From: Parachlamydiales bacterium
Lineage (GTDB): Bacteria > Chlamydiota > Chlamydiia > Chlamydiales > Parachlamydiaceae
Reading direction: 5' to 3'
Length of the DNA stretch: 38,469 nucleotides
NCBI GenBank assembly: GCA_020051075.1
Contig: JAGVJP010000058.1
Span: 1-38,469, forward strand
A program made the position numbers and the translations under genes. Every line of letters starts with the position of its first letter. Position 1 is the first letter of the stretch. Positions 28,296 through 36,821 of the stretch are shown one piece after another. Under the pieces are notes generated by a model, which searched no databases, had not been told where the DNA came from, and saw only the letters and a program-made list of their open reading frames with translations.

Positions 28296-28368
28296 GCGAT
28301 CCTGCTTATCCTGTTATACCCCTTTTGCCTAGATCCAATTATTTCTTTTGCTCTTTTTGCTTATCCTG
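28296..28368. repeat. CAGGAT-type repeat arm overlapping the clpC 3' end
   Basis: 28296-28315 matches 31209-31228 at 19/20; 28339-28351 is the exact reverse complement of 31033-31045. Confidence 0.7.
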
Positions 28369-30886
28369 AATATGTCTTAGAAAGACCTCTTCATCGATAA
28401 AAATAATTTTTCCATCTTGAACTGTAACCTTACAACGCCGCCCTTCATTAGGGTTCATGAGCAACTTTTCTGCGAGAGGATCTTCAAGGAACTGTTCAAT
28501 CACGCGTCTGAGAGGACGAGCTCCCATTTCAGGCTGGAATCCCTGTTCCACTAAGAAATTGCAAGCAGCCTCATCGAGTTGGATATAGACATCGCGGTTG
28601 TTGAGTCGTTTTTGCAATTTATTGATTTCAAGTGTGATCACCTGCAATAAATTCCCACGATTCAACGGATGGAAAATGACAACATCGTTGAGTCGATTCA
28701 AAAACTCAGGTTTAAACCGCTTCTTGACCTCAGCTTCTATCTTTTCTTTGATCCGGTCGTAGTCAAGAGAACCCTCAACGACACCAAAACCGATTTCTGT
28801 CGTTTTTTTGATCAGATCAGCCCCTAGGTTAGAGGTCATGATGACAATGGTATTGCGGAAGTCAACCTTACGTCCGAATGAATCTGTTAACCGTCCCTCC
28901 TCTAAAATCTGGAGAAGCAGGTCCATAACATCGGGATGAGCTTTTTTCAATCTCATCGAACAAAACCACTGAATAAGGGCGTTGGCGCACCTGTTCTGTG
29001 AGCTGTCCTCCTTCTTCATGGCCAACATATCCTGGGGGAGATCCTGTCATACGGCTGACAGCAAATTTCTCCATATATTCGGACATATCGACTTGGATGA
29101 GCGCATCTTCACCGCCAAACAGATTAATTGCCAGCAAGCGGGCTAATAAAGTTTTTCCAACGCCCGTCGGACCTAAAAATAGGAATGCACCGATGGGGCG
29201 ATTAGGATCTTTAATATCAGCGCGACTTCTGCGGATGGCACGGCACACAGTTTTGATTGCATCTTCTTGTCCGATGATGCTTTCTTTGAGAATCTCCTCC
29301 ATTTTAAGAACTTTCTGCAATTCACCTTCTGTGAGGCGATTGAGAGGAATCCCCGTCATTTTAGAGATCACGTTAGCGACATCCTCATCTTCGACGATGA
29401 CTTCATGTTCTTCTTTATTAATTTCCCATTCAGCACGAAGCTGCTGCAGCTGTTCGCGGAGATTTTTTTCACGATCCCGCAATTTTGCAGCTTTTTCATA
29501 TTCCTGCTTGCTGATTGATTCTTCCTTTGCAAGGCGCGTCTCTTCGATTTCAGCTTCGAACTTGCTGATGTCTTGGGGTTGGTTCATCATGGAGATCCGC
29601 ATCTTAGCGCCTGCTTCATCAATCAAATCTATCGCCTTATCTGGCAGGAAGCGGCCATAAATATACCGGTCAGAGAGAATCGCAGCCGCTTGGATGGCTT
29701 GAGGGGTAAAAATGACTTTATGATGTTTTTCATACTCAGGCTTTAACCCATAGAGAATTTCGATCGTTTCCTCGACACTTGGAGGGGCGATCATGATCTT
29801 CTGGAAACGACGCTCTAGCGCTGCATCTTTTTCAATATGTTTTCGATATTCATCGATCGTCGTAGCGCCTATGCATTGAAGCTCCCCTCTTGAAAGAGCA
29901 GGCTTCAAAATATTTGAAGCATCGATAGCACCTTCAGCAGCTCCAGCGCCAACAATCGTGTGGAGTTCATCAATGAAAAGAAGAACATTTCCATTTTTCT
30001 TGATTTCATCCATCACGGTTTTTATCCGCTCTTCAAACTGGCCTCGATATTTTGTGCCCGCGATCATCAGCGCTAAGTCGAGGGTGATCAGTTTCTTTTT
30101 GCGGAGGGTATCGGGAACATTTCCCCTAACGATAGCTTGAGCCAATCCTTCAACGATAGCAGTCTTTCCGACGCCAGCTTCACCAACAAGGACCGGATTA
30201 TTTTTGCGGCGGCGGCATAAAATAAGGATCAGCCGTTCAATCTCTTCTTTTCGTCCGATGACTGGGTCCATTTTACCTTCACGGCACATCTCGGTTAGAT
30301 CATGCCCATACGCTTTAAGAGCAGGCATTTTATCATTAGTGGTGCTCGCGGATTGTGATTTATCATAAGGAGGCTGCTTCTGAGCTCCTGGCTGATTTTG
30401 AGCTGGCCCCATTCCTGTTCCTGTGATGGGAGGGAGCTGTAAATTGAACGTCTCAAGCTCTTTCAAGACCTCTTTTCTAACTTCTTTAAGGTTGACGTTC
30501 AAATTCTCAAGAACTTGAGCAGCAACACCATCTGTTTGGCGCAGAAGTCCTAAAAGGAGATGTTCCGTTCCAACATAGTTATGATTGAGGTTAGCTGCTT
30601 CTTCATTTGCAAATTCAAAAACCTTCTTGACCTTTCCTGTTAGAGCAGGATCGCCATAAACCTGAATTTCGGGTCCATAGCCAACAAGTTTTTCCACTTC
30701 ACTGCGGACTGTTTCGAAGTCGATATTCAGATTGCGTAAAACGTTGACAGCGACGCCCTGGCCAAGTTTGAGCAAACCTAGAAGAACATGTTCGGTTCCT
30801 AAGTAATTATGGTTGAGGCGCTTCGCCTCTTTTTTTGCCAGCTTGATGACTTGCTTTGCGCGATTGGTGAATTTATCAAAAAACAT
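28339..30886 (-). CDS. clpC: ATP-dependent Clp protease ATPase subunit ClpC, split by one extra base at 28942-28947
   Basis: Double Clp-N repeats, [11 protein letters not shown] coiled coil and GPTGVGKT. Removing one A from GAAAAAAGCT restores FDEIEKAHPDV and a single 848-aa ORF. Confidence 0.95.
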
Positions 30887-30917
30887 GCTGTTCTCTCTTG
30901 TATCTGTATTATCCCTA

Positions 30918-30946
30918 AATGTAGAGAGGCGTTCGATTTTTTGCAA
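30918..30946 (-). promoter_or_regulatory. Putative sigma66 promoter of clpC
   Basis: TTGCAA-N17-TACATT on the minus strand, bracketed by a 10-bp inverted repeat. Confidence 0.5.
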
Positions 30947-31008
30947 GTGCTCATAACAGATACAAAAAATCGCATAAGACTAAAATATTCACAAAGAATA
31001 AATCTTCA

Positions 31009-31269
31009 CTCAAATCGTTGTGAACAGGATATGCAAAAGAAATAAAACAGGATAAGCAAGATAATGATACAGTATTGTTTTCCATCCTCCCTATCTTTCC
31101 CATCCTGTCAATTTTTACAGGATGGGGAAGATAGGACAGGATATGATGGGATAAGTTTTTCTCTTATTTTGTTCAAATTTCCCCAATATCTTGCTTATCC
31201 TGCCGCTTGCGATCCTGCCTATCCTGTTCTGTCCTTTTATCTTGCATATCCTGTTCAACATGATTTGAG
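31009..31269. repeat. ~260-bp nested palindrome built of 9-bp CAGGATNNG-type units
   Basis: Paired arms 31009-16/31262-69, 31021-36/31242-57 (16/16), 31048-63/31187-202 (16/16) and 31090-108/31117-135 (18/19). Confidence 0.9.
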
Positions 31270-31276
31270 GATGTTC

Positions 31277-32650
31277 TTAAGATTGCAGTTTTGAGATGGA
31301 GTTGCGTGCGGCGGCGATACAATCATTGATGGAGGCGCCAGTAAATGCAGCGCCGCTCAAAGTCAATCGTCTAGCCCAAGGGGCAGTTTTTTCAAATATC
31401 TTCTGTTTCCACACCTCATAACCCAGTTCATATTGTGGAATTGCCTGATGAATCGTACGGACATGAACCGCATCGGGAAGAGACCAAATTCCACAATGCT
31501 CTTGCAAAGCTGAAAGGGCGGTTTCAACAACTTGCTGATCCTCCCAAGCTTCGACGGCGGGATGTCGTCTTCCACCAATCATCACAGTAAGACGGCCTTC
31601 ACCGTAAGCGTTATTCTGTTGAGGAAAAACAGAAGAATCCCAGACGCAGCCTAGCACAGGAGATCCCATGCAAGAAGGAATTAAGTAGCCAAAGCCTTTA
31701 AGGGAATTTTCAAGACGGCGATACCCTAGGTTCACCACTTTCACTGAGGCATAAGATAACTCTTCTAATTGTTGCGAAAGAGAAGGATCTACTGATTGAA
31801 AGATCGAACTGCATGCATATGCTGGCAGCGTTGAGATGAGATGGTCTGCCTCTAATGTCTCTCCATTTTCTAAGAAAATTTCTACTTTATCATCCTTTAG
31901 AACCAACCGTTCGACAGTCTGATGCAAATGCAAACAATCGGTTAATTTATCAGTTAAAGTGCGAGTTAACGTTTCGAGTCCGTGTTTAAAAGAAAACATT
32001 GGACGAAGAGAGGCTGATTGAACAAACGAACTGACGAAGACTTCTTCTTTTCTCCGAGAAATCGACGACAACATTAGAGATCTTCGCTTTTGTTCCATCT
32101 GATCAATCTGTGGAAAACAGCTCTTCATAGACAGGCGGCTGATATCACCAGCGTAAATTCCTGAAACAAAAGGATCAACCAATTTTTCTACCCATTCTGC
32201 CCCGACGCGTCTCGAGAAGAAGTCCTCAATGCTTTCATCCTCAACAGCCCGTTTTGGCATCAACAGATCCCGCCACAGAGCCTTGCTCCAGCCTCTCATC
32301 AGCGGTGAAAAAGGAATTTCCCAAAGATTCCTAGGAACATGCTGCAGCCCTTTTTCTGTATAGATAAAGCGATTGTTAGCATCAGCACTCGGGAAAATGA
32401 CCTGTTCTTCCAACCCAAGCGATTCAATTAACGCTAATGTCGCGCGGCCTAATCCTTGCGTCCGGCAACTTCTTGGTCCCTGCTCGAATAAAAACCCGTC
32501 TTTTTCGATGGTTTCAATCCACCCTCCAGCTCTTCCGCTTTTCTCTAAAACTGTCAGCCGCACTTGCAGTCCAAGAGACTGCTTAAGATACCATGCAGTG
32601 GCTAATCCAGATATTCCAGCGCCTAAGATAACAATCTGTTTCGGTTTCAT
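31277..32650 (-). CDS. hemY: HemY-type (proto/copro)porphyrinogen oxidase
   Basis: GAGISGL, R.GGWI.T, FEQGP, SGIYAGD...LS....FP, GFGYL and AIPQY motifs. Confidence 0.95.
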   Translation of the reverse strand: MKPKQIVILGAGISGLATAWYLKQSLGLQVRLTVLEKSGRAGGWIETIEKDGFLFEQGPRSCRTQGLGRATLALIESLGLEEQVIFPSADANNRFIYTEKGLQHVPRNLWEIPFSPLMRGWSKALWRDLLMPKRAVEDESIEDFFSRRVGAEWVEKLVDPFVSGIYAGDISRLSMKSCFPQIDQMEQKRRSLMLSSISRRKEEVFVSSFVQSASLRPMFSFKHGLETLTRTLTDKLTDCLHLHQTVERLVLKDDKVEIFLENGETLEADHLISTLPAYACSSIFQSVDPSLSQQLEELSYASVKVVNLGYRRLENSLKGFGYLIPSCMGSPVLGCVWDSSVFPQQNNAYGEGRLTVMIGGRRHPAVEAWEDQQVVETALSALQEHCGIWSLPDAVHVRTIHQAIPQYELGYEVWKQKIFEKTAPWARRLTLSGAAFTGASINDCIAAARNSISKLQS

Positions 32651-33666
32651 GACATTCCTTTCACAGTCTCAATCACCGTTCTAACTGCATCTTCAGAAAC
32701 GTCGGGGTGAACCCCATGTCCTAAATTAAAGATGTATCCTGGATCTGCAGCCATCGAATCTAATAGGGCTGAAACTTCACGTTCAATTCTTGCCAAAGGG
32801 GCATAGAGGAGGTCAGGATCAAGATTTCCCTGCAAAGCAATAGGTACAGGAATGACTTTGCGAATATTGGCAAGGGAACAATTCCAATCCAAACCCACTG
32901 CTGAAGGAGAAAGTTCAGCTAAATCGGGCGCAAAAACAGAAGAGCCTCGGCAAAATAGTATTGTTGGAGTGCCTGTCGAACGTATTCCATCAATAATTTT
33001 CTTGAGGTAATGCAAGGAAAATTCTTTAAATTGACGATGAGCTAAAAAATTTGCCCAAGAGTCAAAAAGTTGAACAGCATCAACGCCTGCTTGAATTTGC
33101 TTCTGAAGATATTCTATCGACCAATCTGCAATAATATCTAAGAGCTTATGAAAGCTGCTTGGATCTCTAAACATCCATTGCTTAGTCTTCTTTAAATCTC
33201 GGCTGGACCTTCCTTCAATGATATAACTTGCTACAGTGAAAGGAGCGCCGCAAAATCCAATGAGGGGAACGTTTAAAAGAGATTTAACTTGCTTGATGCC
33301 TTGAAAGACATAATCGAGGAGGGTGAGATCGCATCTTTCTGGCAGAGCTTTTAAATCAGTATGAGAAGTGATTGGCCGCTCAATAATGGGCCCAATGTTA
33401 TCTTCAAAGCGGAGGCCAAGCCCCATCGCCTCAGGGATCACCAAGATATCTGAAAATAAAATTGCAGCATCTACCTCATAAGTTCTGATGGGCATCAACG
33501 TCACTTCAGCGATGAGTTCGGGATGATGGCACATCTCCAAGAAAGAATAGCGCTCTCTTAGGCGTCGATACTCCGAGAGATGGCGACCAGCTTGCCTCAT
33601 CAACCAGACAGGCGGCCTGGTCGTGTTGCAGCAGCGGAGGGCGCGTAATAGGAGATCATTAGTCAT
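32647..33666 (-). CDS. hemE: Uroporphyrinogen decarboxylase
   Basis: PVWLMRQAGR, AAILFSDIL, GAPFT.ASY, QGNLDP and IFNLGHG motifs. Confidence 0.98.
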   Translation of the reverse strand: MTNDLLLRALRCCNTTRPPVWLMRQAGRHLSEYRRLRERYSFLEMCHHPELIAEVTLMPIRTYEVDAAILFSDILVIPEAMGLGLRFEDNIGPIIERPITSHTDLKALPERCDLTLLDYVFQGIKQVKSLLNVPLIGFCGAPFTVASYIIEGRSSRDLKKTKQWMFRDPSSFHKLLDIIADWSIEYLQKQIQAGVDAVQLFDSWANFLAHRQFKEFSLHYLKKIIDGIRSTGTPTILFCRGSSVFAPDLAELSPSAVGLDWNCSLANIRKVIPVPIALQGNLDPDLLYAPLARIEREVSALLDSMAADPGYIFNLGHGVHPDVSEDAVRTVIETVKGMS

Positions 33667-33684
33667 GGGGATGGGGAAAGTCCT

Positions 33685-35721
33685 TTACAAAATCCGTTCG
33701 AGAATCGCTTCGACAGTAAATCCAAATTCTTGCGCTAAAGCACTTGCAGGTGCTGACTCTCCGAATCTGTCCATACAGATGGCGATCCCATGGCGGCCAA
33801 TATACTTATGCCATCCTAAATCAACTCCGGCCTCAATGCTGACTCGTTGCCCAAGATCTCCTCCAAAAACGCTTTCTTGATACTCCTCATCTTGCTTGTC
33901 AAACAGTTCCCAGCAAGGCATTGAAACCACCCGAACCGACTTGCCTAATTTTCGAAGTTCACCAGCAACATTCATCGCTAAAGATAGCTCAGAACCTGTT
34001 GCAACAAGAGTGTAGTCAGGTTTTGAATCTTCTTTCACGACGATATAGGCACCTCTTCCCACTCCTTCCGAATAGGGTACTTTTGTTTCAGCAAAATCAG
34101 GAAGGTTTTGCCGCGATAGAAGAATGGCTGTCGGCCCTTGATATCTAAGGGCTGCAATCCAAGCCATCCTCACTTCATGTGAATCCGCAGGGCGGATGAC
34201 TTGTAATTGCGGGATGGCACGCAAAGCAGCGTAGTGCTCTACAGGCTGATGTGTCGGGCCATCCTCGCCCAGAAAAATTGAATCATGGGTAAACTGATAC
34301 ACAACGTGAGCAACTTGTAAAGCCGCTAAACGGATAGCATTCCGCATATAATCTGAGAATGTCAAAAAAGTGCCGATGAAAGGGATGAAAAAACCTGTTT
34401 TATTCAACCCTGTTGCTATCGTCGCCATCCCAAATTCTCTGACGCCGTATTTGATGTTCTTTCCAATGAAGTGTCCTGCTGAAACCAGGGGAGAATTTTT
34501 TATCATCGTCATATCGGAAGATGATAGATCTGCAGAGCCTCCAATCAATTGAGGGAGATAGTCTGCTAATGCATTAATAACATCTTGAGAGGCCTTCCGC
34601 CCTGCAATCGGCACCTTAATAGAGAGATCCCATAGCCTCTTTTCGATATCATTTGGCAACTTATTATGCCGCATGGTCTCATAGTCATTAAATTTATCTG
34701 GGTGCTCTTGCGCCCATTTTTCAAATGTCTGGCGCCATTGTTCCTCTTTGGCTGCATCGGCAGGCAATTTATTTTTAAAGAAGTTCAAGACAGCTTGAGA
34801 AACATAGAATTCTTCTTGAGGGATGCCGAGAGCCTCTTTAGCCGCTTTAACCTCTTCAGTGCCTAAAGGAGCGCCATGAGCTTTATGAGTGCCGGCTTTG
34901 TTGGGAGCTCCCCTGCCAATAATCGTATGCGCAACGATGAGGCAAGGCCGTTCTTGGTGTTCTTGGATATGAGAGAAGACCTCATGGATTGCATCGAGAT
35001 CGTGGCCATCGATCTCAAAAACATCCCATCCATAGGCACGATAACGTGCTAATGTATCTTCTGAACAAGAATCAGGCAATGGACCATCTAACGAGATATG
35101 ATTTGAGTCATAGATGGCGACGAGATTATCTAGTTTAAGATGTCCTGCAAGTGAAGACACCTCGGAAGAGATCCCTTCCATGACACATCCATCGCCCATT
35201 AACACAAAAACTTTGCTGTTGAAAACAGAATATTTTTCGGTATTAAATCTGGCTGCAAGGAGTTTAGTTCCAAGAGCTACTCCAACAGCATTGCCGACGC
35301 CCTGTCCTAAAGGACCTGTGGTGGCTTCAACCCCTTCTGTCATGTGAGATTCCGGGTGCCCAGGCGTACATGAATGCAGCTGTCGAAACTGTTTGATATC
35401 ATCCAGGGAGATCTTATAACCAGCTAAATAAAGGCATGAATAGAGCCACATCGATCCATGACCTGCAGACAGAACAAAATGATCGCGATTGGGCCATTTC
35501 GAGTCTTTGGGATTCTGCTTCAAGTAATAGCCATAGAGATATGCACCCAATTCGGCACATCCCATCGGCAACCCTGGATGCCCTGAATCTGCCTTTTGAA
35601 CAGCATCCATAGATAATCCACGAATGGTGTTGGCAATCTTCTTCAGCATCTCCTTAAGCTCGTGGTCCAAAGGAATAATCTTTGATGATTTTTTTTCATG
35701 AGTGCTGAGATGATGGGTCAT
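33685..35721 (-). CDS. tkt: Transketolase
   Basis: SGHPGLPMG, LSAGHGS, TTGPLGQG, GDGC.MEG, GVREFGM and GEDGPTHQP motifs. Start set to the ATG at 35721 to avoid overlapping the divergent gene. Confidence 0.97.
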   Translation of the reverse strand: MTHHLSTHEKKSSKIIPLDHELKEMLKKIANTIRGLSMDAVQKADSGHPGLPMGCAELGAYLYGYYLKQNPKDSKWPNRDHFVLSAGHGSMWLYSCLYLAGYKISLDDIKQFRQLHSCTPGHPESHMTEGVEATTGPLGQGVGNAVGVALGTKLLAARFNTEKYSVFNSKVFVLMGDGCVMEGISSEVSSLAGHLKLDNLVAIYDSNHISLDGPLPDSCSEDTLARYRAYGWDVFEIDGHDLDAIHEVFSHIQEHQERPCLIVAHTIIGRGAPNKAGTHKAHGAPLGTEEVKAAKEALGIPQEEFYVSQAVLNFFKNKLPADAAKEEQWRQTFEKWAQEHPDKFNDYETMRHNKLPNDIEKRLWDLSIKVPIAGRKASQDVINALADYLPQLIGGSADLSSSDMTMIKNSPLVSAGHFIGKNIKYGVREFGMATIATGLNKTGFFIPFIGTFLTFSDYMRNAIRLAALQVAHVVYQFTHDSIFLGEDGPTHQPVEHYAALRAIPQLQVIRPADSHEVRMAWIAALRYQGPTAILLSRQNLPDFAETKVPYSEGVGRGAYIVVKEDSKPDYTLVATGSELSLAMNVAGELRKLGKSVRVVSMPCWELFDKQDEEYQESVFGGDLGQRVSIEAGVDLGWHKYIGRHGIAICMDRFGESAPASALAQEFGFTVEAILERIL

Positions 35722-35758
35722 AAAAAATATCCATAGGGTAAAAATGAAATAAAGCAAC

Positions 35759-35787
35759 ACTGTAAGAAATGGGCTATATAGTGGCAA
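35759..35787 (-). promoter_or_regulatory. Putative sigma66 promoter of tkt-hemE-hemY
   Basis: TTGCCA-N17-TACAGT on the minus strand. Confidence 0.55.
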
Positions 35788-35854
35788 GAATTTTTTTTTA
35801 AAGATGACAAGTAACAGAAAATAAAGTAATATTAGCTCAACAGTAGGACGAGTT

Positions 35855-36811
35855 ATGCAAGAATTATCCAGACACCCTTTTCCAGCATTCACTGGGATAA
35901 ATCCCAATGCCATCACCCCTGCAGCACAAGGGGGAGATCGTACGTTCCAAGCCATCTTCAATACGGTGTCCAGAGAAATGCCTCAGATTCCCCTTGCTGT
36001 GCAACGACTCATCGAGTGGTTTAGAGGAGCGCATGATTACTATCGGTGGTATAAGCTGCACACTCTACAACAACAAGCCAGAGACAATGGCATTCCAGCT
36101 CAAGCTGCTCTCTATGGCCCTGCAATCACGTTTTTAGCAAACGTCTCAGAGACTGTTAATTTTGCTGTCAACTTCGCCATCGTCACAAAATGCACGATGG
36201 ACATCCTCTCTAAATACCGCGAATTGAACGATTCTATCAGAGAGTTTCAAGATACTTTGTGCTGGAAAATTGTTTTGCAAGATAGCGCTCGACTTGAAAA
36301 CGAAATCCACATTTATTCCCTTTCTGTTTTCCTTTCGTTTAACGATGGTGTGTCTACCCTATTCCTACAAGTCATTAAAATCGCTCGATGTGCCTTAACT
36401 GTTCTATGGAAGGCATTTGAATTGAGCATGATCCTTCAAGATGCCTATTTATTTTTTAATCGCGATAATCAAACCCGTTTTTTTGCGAGCACCGATTTAG
36501 TCGTTAACTGGCGATCCTATTCCAATCTACTTAACGACGAATTAGGCAGAGCTCTTGAAGAGAACCAACTCGTTGCTAGTGAAGTCCTAACCGAGCTTGG
36601 GGAAAATAACTCTAATCAAATCGTGAATGGGTTGATTAGCCAATTGAGAACAGGTGTTCAATCGATTAGAACGTTCCTTAGTAACAATCAAGGCACTTCG
36701 AGCTCAACAAGTTTCCTTCCCTTTGATGGTTCGGGCAATCTTCAGAGAGCGAATTTCAGGTTGCCGACCATCCCCCAAAGAACACGCATACAACAACGTT
36801 CTACAAGATAG
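35855..36811 (+). CDS. Hypothetical helical protein (effector-like)
   Basis: 318-aa ORF with a GGA RBS, Pro/Ala-rich N-terminus, two moderately hydrophobic regions and a Ser/Arg-rich tail. Confidence 0.75.
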   Translation: MQELSRHPFPAFTGINPNAITPAAQGGDRTFQAIFNTVSREMPQIPLAVQRLIEWFRGAHDYYRWYKLHTLQQQARDNGIPAQAALYGPAITFLANVSETVNFAVNFAIVTKCTMDILSKYRELNDSIREFQDTLCWKIVLQDSARLENEIHIYSLSVFLSFNDGVSTLFLQVIKIARCALTVLWKAFELSMILQDAYLFFNRDNQTRFFASTDLVVNWRSYSNLLNDELGRALEENQLVASEVLTELGENNSNQIVNGLISQLRTGVQSIRTFLSNNQGTSSSTSFLPFDGSGNLQRANFRLPTIPQRTRIQQRSTR

Positions 36812-36821
36812 GCGTGTTTTT

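Noticed and set aside
28339..29028. Independent 229-aa gene
   Set aside because: It is the C-terminal part of frameshifted clpC; its listed N-terminus is out-of-frame sequence.
28998..29660. 220-aa antisense ORF and other short ORFs nested in core genes (e.g. 21932-22339, 27114-27413)
   Set aside because: Shadow frames of well-supported genes.
30936..30956. CIRCE/HrcA operator at clpC
   Set aside because: Only a partial half-site (GAGCACT on the minus strand), with no matching second arm at 9-bp spacing.
30967..30994. dif-like site (CGCATAA)
   Set aside because: Only the XerC-like arm resembles dif; the XerD arm TTATGTTAAAT is absent.
31064..31294. 76-aa ORF with YPA repeats
   Set aside because: It is a by-product of the 9-bp palindromic repeat and overlaps the hemY 3' end on the opposite strand.
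35722..35961. Long N-terminal extensions given in the ORF track for tkt (also tilS, clpC, 9926..12433 and 14615..15424)
   Set aside because: They overlap neighbouring genes or promoters; downstream ATGs fit the family N-termini better.
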